From: an uncultured Actinomycetes bacterium | Lineage (GTDB): Bacteria > Actinomycetota > Acidimicrobiia > IMCC26256 > DASPTH01 | Direction: 5' to 3' | Length of the DNA stretch: 64,000 nucleotides | NCBI GenBank assembly: GCA_963819735.1 | Contig: CAWFXC010000005.1 | Location: 425,825-489,824, forward strand | Position numbers and translations under genes: made by a program | Part shown: positions 46,392-54,033 of the stretch, piece after piece | Layout of the letters: each line of letters starts with the position of its first letter | How positions within the stretch are numbered: position 1 is the first letter of the stretch | Notes under the pieces: model-generated | Databases searched by the model: none | What the model was told of the DNA's origin: nothing | The model's input: the letters and a program-made list of their open reading frames with translations, nothing else

Positions 46392-46790
46392 ATGTTCATT
46401 CTCGCCAGCGAATGGCACGTCGGCCAGGTGTTCTGGTCGCTGCTCGAGTTCGCGCTGTTCTTCATCTGGATCTGGCTACTCATCATCGTGTTCTCCGACA
46501 TCTTCCGGAGTCACGACATCGGTGGCTTCGCCAAGGCGTTGTGGGTGATCTTCGTGTTCATCGTCCCGTACCTCGGGGTGCTGGTGTACATCATCGCCCG
46601 CGGCCACAAGATGGCGCAGCACGCCGAGCAGGCGGCATTGGCGCAGGACGCCGCGAACAAGGCCTACATACAGGACGCGGTGAGTACCGGCAATGTGGCG
46701 GACGAGATCCAGCGCCTGGCCGACCTCCGAGCGGCGGGGACCATCTCCGACGCCGAGTTCGAGCAGCTCAAGGCGAAGGCACTCGCCTGA
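46392..46790 (+). CDS. membrane protein with a PLD-nuclease N-terminal (PLDc_N) domain and a C-terminal SHOCT domain
   Basis: Two TM helices are present (FALFFIWIWLLIIVFSDIF and ALWVIFVFIVPYLGVLVYIIARG). The C-terminus reads IQRLADLRAAGTISDAEFEQLKAKAL. Confidence 0.8.
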   Translation: MFILASEWHVGQVFWSLLEFALFFIWIWLLIIVFSDIFRSHDIGGFAKALWVIFVFIVPYLGVLVYIIARGHKMAQHAEQAALAQDAANKAYIQDAVSTGNVADEIQRLADLRAAGTISDAEFEQLKAKALA

Positions 46791-46896
46791 CCTCGGTGAC
46801 TGACCTCCCGGTGGCGCGTCCGTGCGAACGCCGGACGCCCACCGCGGAGGGCCACGAGGGTCGACGCGAGAAAAGCTTCGATCGCCGGTGATCAGC

Positions 46897-46923
46897 TGTC
46901 GAGTTCCTCACCTCCCGTTCGTC
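46897..46923 (+). promoter_or_regulatory. candidate ECF42-type promoter TGTCGA-17 nt-CGTC upstream of the yciI-like/sigma operon
   Basis: TGTCGA is at 46897-46902 and CGTC at 46920-46923, 33 nt upstream of ATG 46956. As I recall it, this matches the published ECF42 target motif (-35 TGTCGA, -10 CGA/TC). Confidence 0.5.
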
Positions 46924-46955
46924 TCATGGGCGACCAATCCGAGGAGGAGGAACTG

Positions 46956-47315
46956 ATGAAGTACATGCTGTTGATCCACCAGGGCACCACCCCGACCCCG
47001 CTCGACCCGGAAGCATGGGCGACGCTGTCGGAAGCCGAACAGCAGGAGATCTACGCCGCCTACCAGTCGATCAACACGACGCCGGGCGTCACCCCGGGCA
47101 ACGGGCTCCAGCCGCCCGAGACGGCAACTACCGTCCGGGTGCAGGACGGCAAGACGATCACGACCGACGGTCCCTTCGTCGAGACGAAGGAAGCGCTCAA
47201 CGGCTATCTCGTCTACGAGGCCGACGACCTGGATGCCGCGATCGAGCTCGCGGCGCGGATTCCCGCCGCCCGACTCGGCGGCGCGATCGAGGTGCGCCCG
47301 ATCATGGAGTGGTAG
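46956..47315 (+). CDS. YciI-like DGPF-domain protein
   Basis: [10 protein letters not shown] ... [34 protein letters not shown]. There is a strong gaggaggagga SD. The ORF track starts the gene at 46926. Confidence 0.88.
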   Translation: MKYMLLIHQGTTPTPLDPEAWATLSEAEQQEIYAAYQSINTTPGVTPGNGLQPPETATTVRVQDGKTITTDGPFVETKEALNGYLVYEADDLDAAIELAARIPAARLGGAIEVRPIMEW

Positions 47316-48487
47316 CGATCCTCGAGCAGACGTTCCGCGACGAGTGGGGTCGCGTGCTCGCCACGCTGATCGGACTCCTCGGCGACTTCGATCTCGCCGA
47401 GGAAACCGCGCAGGAGGCGTTCGCGATCGCCGCCGAACGTTGGCCGCGCGACGGGTACCCCACCAACCCGCGCGCCTGGCTGGTGACGACGGCCCGTAAC
47501 CGCGCCGTCGATCGCGTACGTCGCGATCAGACGTTGGCGGCGAAGCGGAGTCTGCTCTCGGTGCCGGACGCGACGGAGGCGGAGGACACGATGGACGCGA
47601 CCGCGTTTCCGGACGAGCGACTCGAGCTGATCTTCACCTGCTGTCATCCCGCGCTCGCGATCGACGCGCAGGTGGCGCTCACGTTGCGGACCCTCGGCGG
47701 TCTCACCACCGACGAGATCGCGCGCGCCTTCCTGGTGCCGGAGCCGACGATGGCGCAGCGGTTGGTGCGGGCGAAACGCAAGATCAAAGCCGCCGGCATC
47801 CCCTTCCGCGTGCCCCCCGCTCACCTGTTGCCGGACCGGCTGGCCGCGGTGCTCGCGGTGGTCTACCTGATCTTCAACGAGGGCTACCACGGGCGTAGTG
47901 ACCTCGCGGGAGAGGCGTTGTGGCTCGGGCGCGCGCTCGTCACCCTGATGCCACAGGAGCCGGAGCCGCAGGGCCTCCTGGCGATGATGCTCCTCCACGA
48001 CTCCCGGCGCGACGCCCGATTCCACGACGGCGATCTCGTGCTGCTCGCCGACCAGGACCGCGCACTGTGGGACGCCGAGCAGATCATCGACGGGCAGGCC
48101 ATGCTCGATCGAGCGCTCGCCCTGGGTGGTCGGGGTCCGTACGTGGTGCAGGCCGCGATCGCCGCGTTGCACGCCGAGGAGCCGCGCGACCTGCGCCAGA
48201 TCGCCGCGCTCTACGGCGAGCTGGCTCGCCTCACCGGCTCGCCCGTGGTCGAGCTCAACCGGGCGGTCGCGGTGGCCGAGGCCGAAGGCCCCGAGGCGGG
48301 TCTCCGCATCGTCGATCAGGTCGATCTCGACGACTACCGCTACCTGCACTCGACGCGTGGAGAACTGCTGCGGCGTCTCGGTCGCACCGAAGAAGCGCGC
48401 GTCGCCTACCGCCGCGCGCTGGCGCTGGTCCACGACGACGCCGAGCGTCGCCTGCTCGAGCGCCGCCTGGCGGACCTCGGGTCGTGA
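47309..48487 (+). CDS. ECF sigma factor, group ECF42 type (sigma2/sigma4 plus a long TPR-like C-terminal extension)
   Basis: From GTG 47309: sigma2 reads [30 protein letters not shown]...[20 protein letters not shown]. Sigma4 reads [38 protein letters not shown]-terminal extension of about 200 aa follows. Pairing with a DGPF protein is the ECF42 hallmark. Confidence 0.85.
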   Translation: MVAILEQTFRDEWGRVLATLIGLLGDFDLAEETAQEAFAIAAERWPRDGYPTNPRAWLVTTARNRAVDRVRRDQTLAAKRSLLSVPDATEAEDTMDATAFPDERLELIFTCCHPALAIDAQVALTLRTLGGLTTDEIARAFLVPEPTMAQRLVRAKRKIKAAGIPFRVPPAHLLPDRLAAVLAVVYLIFNEGYHGRSDLAGEALWLGRALVTLMPQEPEPQGLLAMMLLHDSRRDARFHDGDLVLLADQDRALWDAEQIIDGQAMLDRALALGGRGPYVVQAAIAALHAEEPRDLRQIAALYGELARLTGSPVVELNRAVAVAEAEGPEAGLRIVDQVDLDDYRYLHSTRGELLRRLGRTEEARVAYRRALALVHDDAERRLLERRLADLGS

Positions 48488-49101
48488 GCGAAGCCGACGG
48501 GGACGCGCCCGACTCCCACGTCGATCCGAGCCGATCGGGCCGCGTGGACCTGTACTGGATCCCGTTGGGCGCGGGCGCGCACGTCGTTAGGATCAGCGGC
48601 CGTTTGTTCGAACGGGTCGCGGCGCGGGCGCAACAGCGGCCGCGCTGCGACCTCTACCACTCGGCGCTCGAGGTCCGTGTCCCGGAAGGCCGTTTCGTCA
48701 TCGAGCAGGCGCCGATGATCGACGTGCACGGCGATGCGCGGGGAGTGGTGGCCGACGGCCCGGTCGGCACGAGATGGGCCGGACGCTTCCGGCTCTTCCG
48801 CTACGAGATCCGACGCTGGCAAGACGGACGGATTCCCGACGTGTACGACGCGATCGCGAGCCCGGTGCGGTTGAGTGACGATGTTGCCCACGCGCGTCGC
48901 GTGCTCGACCTGCTGCCTTCGATCCCCACTCCGGTGTGGGGCCGCGACCAGCTCGGCGCAGGGGAGATGTGGAACTCGAACTCCGTCACCTCGTGGGTAC
49001 TGACGCGCAGCGGAGTTGATGTCGCGGCGATCCACCCGCCGCCCGGCGGGCGCGCGCCCGGGTGGCATGCAGGCATGGTGGTCGCGGCGCGCCAACCCTG
49101 A
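48484..49101 (+). CDS. conserved actinobacterial hypothetical protein, translationally coupled to the ECF42 sigma gene
   Basis: GTG 48484 overlaps the sigma stop as GTGA. The sequence is protein-like: [15 protein letters not shown]...DLYHSALEV...[15 protein letters not shown]...[23 protein letters not shown] recognise no domain. Confidence 0.7.
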   Translation: MSEADGDAPDSHVDPSRSGRVDLYWIPLGAGAHVVRISGRLFERVAARAQQRPRCDLYHSALEVRVPEGRFVIEQAPMIDVHGDARGVVADGPVGTRWAGRFRLFRYEIRRWQDGRIPDVYDAIASPVRLSDDVAHARRVLDLLPSIPTPVWGRDQLGAGEMWNSNSVTSWVLTRSGVDVAAIHPPPGGRAPGWHAGMVVAARQP

Positions 49102-49102
49102 A

Positions 49103-49942
49103 CTACGCCGCGGGTGAGGCGCTTCCCGCAGTGACCCGACGCATGAGCCGTTGCTCGGGCCAGTAGGTGCCTTCGCCCATGTGCACGGTGGCGCGCTCGT
49201 CCCAGATGGCGACGTCGCCGACCGCCCATCGGTAGCGGCACACGAAGCGTGGCGCTCGCATGTGGTCGAACAGGAACTCGAGCAACGCGCTGCTCTCCGT
49301 GGGGTGCACTCCGACGATTGACTGCGTGAATCCCTGGTTCACGAACAGTGCCTTCCGGCCGGTGACGGGATGCGTCGTGACGACCGGGTGGGTGGCGCCG
49401 GGGAAGGCTTCTAGGATCGGCCGCCCGGCTTCTTCGCCGAATCGTTGCATCACGATGTCGTTGAACGCCGCGCCTTGGCTGTGGAATGCGGAGAGGCCCT
49501 CGAGAAACGTCTGCATCGCCGTCGACAACGCGTCGAAGGCGTCGCACGTGTTCGCCCACATCGTGTCGCCACCCCGCTCGGGCACCACCACCGCGCGCAG
49601 CACCGCAATGTCGGGAACCTCGGCGTGGAACGTGTAGTCGGTGTGGAAGTGCGAGTCGACACCGGGTTGGTAGTCCTCGGTGCCGACGCTGCCCATGACC
49701 GACGTGTCACCCATGAATGCGCTAACCGGGTGGGGGTGCGGCACGGCGAACGTGCTCGCGAGCGCGACCTGGGCGTCGTCGTCGATCTTCTGATGGGGCA
49801 GGAACACCACGAGGTGATCGAGCACCGCCTGGTGCAACTCGTCGAGTTGGAGTGGGTCGAGCGGCGCCGCGAGGTCGACGCCCTCGACGCGGGCGCCGAG
49901 GGAACTGGCGACCGGGGTCACCTCGATCGTCGTGTAGCCCAC
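49103..49942 (-). CDS. TauD/TfdA-family Fe(II)/2-oxoglutarate-dependent dioxygenase
   Basis: HFHTDYTF (HxD facial triad), GGDTMWAN, THPVVTTHPVTGRKALFVN and WDERATVH are present. Confidence 0.88.
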   Translation of the reverse strand: MGYTTIEVTPVASSLGARVEGVDLAAPLDPLQLDELHQAVLDHLVVFLPHQKIDDDAQVALASTFAVPHPHPVSAFMGDTSVMGSVGTEDYQPGVDSHFHTDYTFHAEVPDIAVLRAVVVPERGGDTMWANTCDAFDALSTAMQTFLEGLSAFHSQGAAFNDIVMQRFGEEAGRPILEAFPGATHPVVTTHPVTGRKALFVNQGFTQSIVGVHPTESSALLEFLFDHMRAPRFVCRYRWAVGDVAIWDERATVHMGEGTYWPEQRLMRRVTAGSASPAA

Positions 49943-49989
49943 GGCGTGCTCCCTCTCGCGATGGTGGCTCTCGAACTAAGTTAGAGGGC

Positions 49990-50715
49990 ATGGGTGCGCA
50001 GGTCAAGGCACGGGTCAAGGCACGGGTCAAGGCACAGGTCAAGGCACAGGTCAAGGCACCGGTCGAGCGACCGCGGCCGCGATTGGGCCGGGACCGGATC
50101 GTCGACGCCGCCCTGGCCCTCATGGACGAGCACGGCGTCGAGTGGCTCACGATGCGGCGACTGGCCGATGCACTGGGCGTCACCGCCCCCACCCTCTACT
50201 GGCACCTCCCCGACAAGGACGCGTTGCACGACGCGTGCGTGGATCGTGCGTTCCGCGAGATCGAGATTCCGGTCGCCGACCCGCAGGACTGGCGCGCCGC
50301 GATCCGCACGTTCATGTCGTCGATGCGCACCCAACTCGGTGTGCACCCGAGCGTCACCCAACTCATGACGCGTTCACACCCGGAAGCCGTGTCGCGCATC
50401 GCTTCCGGTGCGATCGTCCTGATGCGATCCTCCGGCCTCGGATGGGACGACGCGTTTCTCTATTGCCGGATCATGATCTGGCGCATCGTCGGATTCGCGA
50501 GCATGGAGTACACGTTGCGCACCGCCTCCACGCTGCATCGCCCGGAGACAGCGCACGCGCGCGGCGCGTCGCCCGCGCGGTTTCGGCTCGAAGTCCCGTG
50601 GCCCGACGACATCCCGCCCGAAGCCCGCAATGCGTCGACGCTGGTCGACCTCGACCTCATGTTCACCACCGACATCGAGATGTTCATCATCGGGGTCGAA
50701 CGCGCCAACCGATGA
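49990..50715 (+). CDS. TetR-family transcriptional regulator. The N-terminus as drawn contains a (V-K-A-x)5 repeat, and the true start may be downstream.
   Basis: The HTH reads IVDAALALMDEHGVEWLTMRRLADALGVTAPTLYWHLPDKDAL. ATG 49990 has only a poorly spaced gaggg SD. The alternative TTG 50083 would place the repeat array outside the gene. Confidence 0.8.
   Translation: MGAQVKARVKARVKAQVKAQVKAPVERPRPRLGRDRIVDAALALMDEHGVEWLTMRRLADALGVTAPTLYWHLPDKDALHDACVDRAFREIEIPVADPQDWRAAIRTFMSSMRTQLGVHPSVTQLMTRSHPEAVSRIASGAIVLMRSSGLGWDDAFLYCRIMIWRIVGFASMEYTLRTASTLHRPETAHARGASPARFRLEVPWPDDIPPEARNASTLVDLDLMFTTDIEMFIIGVERANR
50001..50060. repeat. tandem direct repeat, 5 copies of a 12-nt unit GGTCAAGGCAC(G/A/C)
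   Basis: Read directly as ggtcaaggcacg x2, ggtcaaggcaca x2 and ggtcaaggcacc x1. It lies between the divergent TauD and TetR genes, or inside the TetR 5-prime end. Confidence 0.9.
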
Positions 50716-50743
50716 AAGTGCGCGGGAGATGCGGCGCCCGACG

Positions 50744-51748
50744 TCAGGAGACGTCGAGTACGACCTTGCCGACGTGCGCGGCGCTCAACAGGTAGCGCTC
50801 CGCCTCGGCCGCGTCGGCGAACGGGAAGACCCGGTCGATGACCGGCCGGATGCGACCGTCGGCGAGCGCGGGCAGCATCACTACGCCGGCGGCCGCGTAG
50901 GCCGCGGTCAACATCGCGAGCGTGCGGCTGCGGAACGTCGTCCCGACGAGTGACACGCGCTTGCGCGAGAGCTCGTCGAGGTTGACCTCGCCGTGGCCGC
51001 CGCCGATGCGCCCGATCGAAACGATCCGTCCGCCGATCGCCGCGGTCGCGACGTTGTCGCGCAGCGCCGGCGCGCCGACGCTGTCGAGGATCACGTCGAA
51101 GCCGTGCCCGTCGGTGGCGGCGAGGCAGCGCTCGACGTAGTCGGGCTCGCCGGCGACCACTCCGGCGTCGAAGGGCAAGCCGCTCGCGGCGAGCCGGTCG
51201 AGCTTCGCCTGGCTGGTCGACGACGCCACCACGGTCGCGGCGAAGAGGAGCCGGGAGAGCTGGAGCGCGGCGACGCCGACCCCGGACGACGCGGCGTTGA
51301 TCAACACCGTCGCGCCCGGTGCGAGGCCGCCGGCGAGGGTCAGCGCGTCGTGGGCCGACACGAAGGTGATTGGTACCGCAGCGGCTTCGGTCCACGAGAG
51401 ATTGGCGGGGACGCGGAAGCACATGCCGTCGCGGAGCGTTGTCAGCTCGGCGAACGCGCCGCCTCCCGTTCCCATGACCCGGTCGCCGGGCGTCCAGGCG
51501 GTGACGCCGTCGCCGACGGCCAACACCTCGCCCGCCGCTTCCGATCCGAGCGGGGTCGGTGCGGGTACGTCCGGAACCTCGGGCGCCCGCACCGATGGTC
51601 CGGCGACGTGGGTGCCGGCGAGCACGTAGCGGTCGGCGGCGTTGAGCCCGGCCGCCCGAACCTGCACCAGCAGCTCGCCCGGCCCCGCGCTCGGCTCGGC
51701 GACGTCGCGCAGCACCACTTGGCCGGCCTCGCCGAAGAACGCCTTCAT
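50744..51748 (-). CDS. NADPH:quinone oxidoreductase-like MDR (zeta-crystallin family) dehydrogenase
   Basis: 334 aa from ATG 51748: MKAFFGEAGQVVLRDVAEPSAGPGELLVQVRAAGLNAADR ... INAASSGVGVAALQL. An ATGA overlap couples it to the upstream gene. Confidence 0.85.
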   Translation of the reverse strand: MKAFFGEAGQVVLRDVAEPSAGPGELLVQVRAAGLNAADRYVLAGTHVAGPSVRAPEVPDVPAPTPLGSEAAGEVLAVGDGVTAWTPGDRVMGTGGGAFAELTTLRDGMCFRVPANLSWTEAAAVPITFVSAHDALTLAGGLAPGATVLINAASSGVGVAALQLSRLLFAATVVASSTSQAKLDRLAASGLPFDAGVVAGEPDYVERCLAATDGHGFDVILDSVGAPALRDNVATAAIGGRIVSIGRIGGGHGEVNLDELSRKRVSLVGTTFRSRTLAMLTAAYAAAGVVMLPALADGRIRPVIDRVFPFADAAEAERYLLSAAHVGKVVLDVS

Positions 51749-52623
51749 GTGCCCGGCTCGGTCGTCGCCCGTTCGATGTCGTACAGCTCCTCGAACCCGC
51801 CCGTGGTCCCGAGCTCGCGGTACACCGCCATCAGGTCCCGTGGATCGAGGCCGGATCCCTCCCCGCGTTGATGGCGTTCGAGGAGATCCTTGGTGGCCCG
51901 GTAGATGGCGACGTGGGGCGTGATCGAATCGATGAAGAGCCCGACGCCGGCCGGCGGTTCGTCGACCGCCTGGTCGAACAGGCCGATCGTCGCCAACGGC
52001 ACGTCGACCGCGGCGCCGACGCGCGCGAAGTCGGCGGCGGTTGCGGGAATCGGGATCAGGATCACGTCGGCACCGGCGTCGACGTAGGCGCGCGCCCGCG
52101 CACACGCCGCGTCGATCCCTTCGTGACGCACCGCCGCGGTGCGCGCGATCACGAGGAAGTTGGGATCCCGGCGCGCCGCGACCGCCGCCGCGACCTTGGC
52201 CGCCATCTCGTCGGTGCCGACCAGGTGCTCGATCCCGCGGTGATGGCTGACCCGCTTGGGTGCCACTTGATCTTCGAGCTCGACTGCGGCCGCGCCCGCG
52301 GCCTCGAACTCCCACATCATGCGGGTCACGTGTACCGGGTCGCCGAACCCGACCGCGCCGTCGACGATGATCGGCAGGTCGGAGCGACCGGAGATGGCGC
52401 GCGTCGCGTCGGCGAGCTCGTCGATCGAGAGCAGCGCCTCGGAGACCGCGAGCGCGAACCCCAACGCGCCGCCGCTCACGTAGCCGGCGTGGTACCCGAG
52501 CTGCTCGGCCAGCCGGGCCGTGAGCGCATCGAGGCACAGGGGCACCGGGGTGAACTGCCGGGTGGCGACCCGCGTCGCCAACCGGCGGCGGGTTTCGGCG
52601 ATGTCCATCAGGCGAGCCTGCAC
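51745..52623 (-). CDS. isocitrate lyase / PEP mutase superfamily protein
   Basis: PIIVDGAVGFGDP and VELEDQVAPKRVSHHRG are present. The usual KRCGH loop here reads KRVSH. Confidence 0.82.
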   Translation of the reverse strand: MQARLMDIAETRRRLATRVATRQFTPVPLCLDALTARLAEQLGYHAGYVSGGALGFALAVSEALLSIDELADATRAISGRSDLPIIVDGAVGFGDPVHVTRMMWEFEAAGAAAVELEDQVAPKRVSHHRGIEHLVGTDEMAAKVAAAVAARRDPNFLVIARTAAVRHEGIDAACARARAYVDAGADVILIPIPATAADFARVGAAVDVPLATIGLFDQAVDEPPAGVGLFIDSITPHVAIYRATKDLLERHQRGEGSGLDPRDLMAVYRELGTTGGFEELYDIERATTEPGT

Positions 52624-52706
52624 GTCGGCAACCTATCTCCGCGTTCGGTCGGCGTCCGGGGAATCTCGCGGCGCGGCGCGTGATGCGTCGCGCTCGTCGT
52701 CGCGGG

Positions 52707-53542
52707 TCACCCCCGGACGTGTGGAAGACGGGCCATCCGATCTCGGTCCGCCAGCGGGTGGTGTCGGGCGTGTCGGCCGGGCCGACCGCGTAGTACTCGC
52801 GAATCGGTCCCTCGACCCCGAGGGCGTGGTGGGTCACGTATGTACCGAGTGCCCCGTACGACAGGTCGATGTCGTCGTGGGCGCCGCGGTGCTCCACGAT
52901 GGCCAGCTCGGCGGCGGGAACGATCAACTCGCGGGTGCGTCCCGAATCGGGTGGGGCGATCGTCACGGGCACGAAGACCGTCGCCGCCCCGCGCTCGAGC
53001 TCGAAGAGGTCATTGGCGTAGAGGCCGCCGCCGGGGCCGGCCGGCTCGATCCCGTGGGCGTCCAAGCCGGCATGGATCTCGTCGAAGGCCTCCGACCACC
53101 ACGCCCCGATCTCGTCACGCGCCACGATTCCGCTGACCGCCACCGCCCGGGTCGCGGGCACCGGTCGGTGCTCGACCGTGATCCGCGCGTCGGGCTGCTC
53201 GAGCAGGTTCCGGAGGGATGCCACCGCGGCTTCCGTGTGCTCGAGCTGCTCCTGGAGCCGGTCGAGGTGCGCGGCGATGAGCGCGTTGCGGGCGGTCACG
53301 TCGGGTGCGCCGAGCACCGCCTTGACATCGTCGACCGGCATGCCCAGGTCGCGGAACCGCCGGATCACCTGGGCCGTCGGGATCTGGGCGGTGTCGTAGT
53401 ACCGAAACCCGGTCTCGGCACTCACGTCGACCGGCTCGAGGAGTCCGACCCGGTGGTAGTAGCGCAGTGTCTTCACGCTGAGCTGGGTCATGCGCGAGAA
53501 GTCGCCGATGGTCAGGCCCGTGTTCACCGCCACAGTCTCCAC
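52707..53542 (-). pseudogene. MerR-family regulator with a GyrI-like effector-binding domain; the reading frame has no stop codon until 50744
   Basis: The HTH reads LTIGDFSRMTQLSVKTLRYYHRVGLL. A coiled-coil follows, and the GyrI-like domain ends ...RWRTEIGWPVFHTSGG. The frame then runs on as Arg-rich nonsense across the next two genes. An out-of-frame TGA at 52707-52709 follows a G5 run. The likely real start is GTG 53527 or 53533. Confidence 0.7.
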
Positions 53543-53564
53543 CCTCCCCCGAGGGGAGAGTCAA
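53534..53564 (-). promoter_or_regulatory. MerR-type promoter/operator for the merR-like gene: TTGACT-19 nt spacer containing dyad CTCCCC-N3-GGGGAG-GAGACT
   Basis: The reverse strand reads TTGACT ctcccctcgggggagggtg GAGACT. GTG 53527 lies 7 nt downstream of the -10 hexamer, so the mRNA could be leaderless. Confidence 0.55.
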
Positions 53565-53616
53565 CGTCCGACACGGCCACCGCGTTCGCCCGCCGCTTGA
53601 AACCGCGCGCAATCGC

Positions 53617-53647
53617 TTGACCCTCCCCTTGGGGGAGCCCCCACACT
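53617..53647 (+). promoter_or_regulatory. MerR-type promoter/operator for the SnoaL-CMD-CMD-ligase operon: TTGACC-19 nt spacer containing dyad CTCCCC-N3-GGGGAG-CACACT
   Basis: The forward strand reads TTGACC ctccccttgggggagcccc CACACT. The architecture matches the module on the other strand. ATG 53680 lies 33 nt downstream. Confidence 0.55.
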
Positions 53648-53679
53648 CGAATCGTCACCGACGAATCGAAGGGGTCGAC

Positions 53680-54012
53680 ATGATCGAAGCATCTCCTGCA
53701 GTCATCAGCCGCTACCTGAGCGCGGCCGACGAGAAGGATCCCCACGCATTGGCCGCGTGCTTCACCGTCGACGGCATCGTGGTCGACGAGGGCGTCACCT
53801 ACCGGGGCCACGACGCGATCGTGGGTTGGCGCGAGAGCCTGCTCGGCAAGTGGGAGTACACGTCGACCCTGACCGGTACCGAATCCGTGAGCGCGACCGA
53901 GCACCTGGCGTTCGTCCACGTCGAAGGCAATTTCCCGGGAGGTCAGGCCGATCTGACGTACCGGTTCCGGTTGGCGGACGGGCTCATCGCGGAGCTGAGC
54001 ATCGTGGAGTAG
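53680..54012 (+). CDS. SnoaL-like / NTF2-fold protein
   Basis: MIEASPAVISRYLSAADEKDPHALAACFTVDGIVVDEGVTYRGHDAIVGW... An SD (gaagggg) precedes ATG 53680. The ORF-track start at 53617 is the TTG of the -35 hexamer. Confidence 0.8.
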   Translation: MIEASPAVISRYLSAADEKDPHALAACFTVDGIVVDEGVTYRGHDAIVGWRESLLGKWEYTSTLTGTESVSATEHLAFVHVEGNFPGGQADLTYRFRLADGLIAELSIVE

Positions 54013-54033
54013 CGCCGTGGATAGGCTCGGCCC

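Noticed and set aside
46816-46838. Possible terminator hairpin after the PLDc_N-SHOCT gene (GCGTCCG-9 nt-CGGACGC)
   Set aside because: The stem is only 7 bp, there is no T-tract, and similar short GC palindromes occur by chance throughout this GC-rich sequence.
50744-53542. 932-aa ORF that looks like a MerR-quinone oxidoreductase fusion
   Set aside because: The middle third is Arg-rich nonsense overlapping a well-supported PEP-mutase-family gene in another frame. The MerR part simply lacks an in-frame stop.
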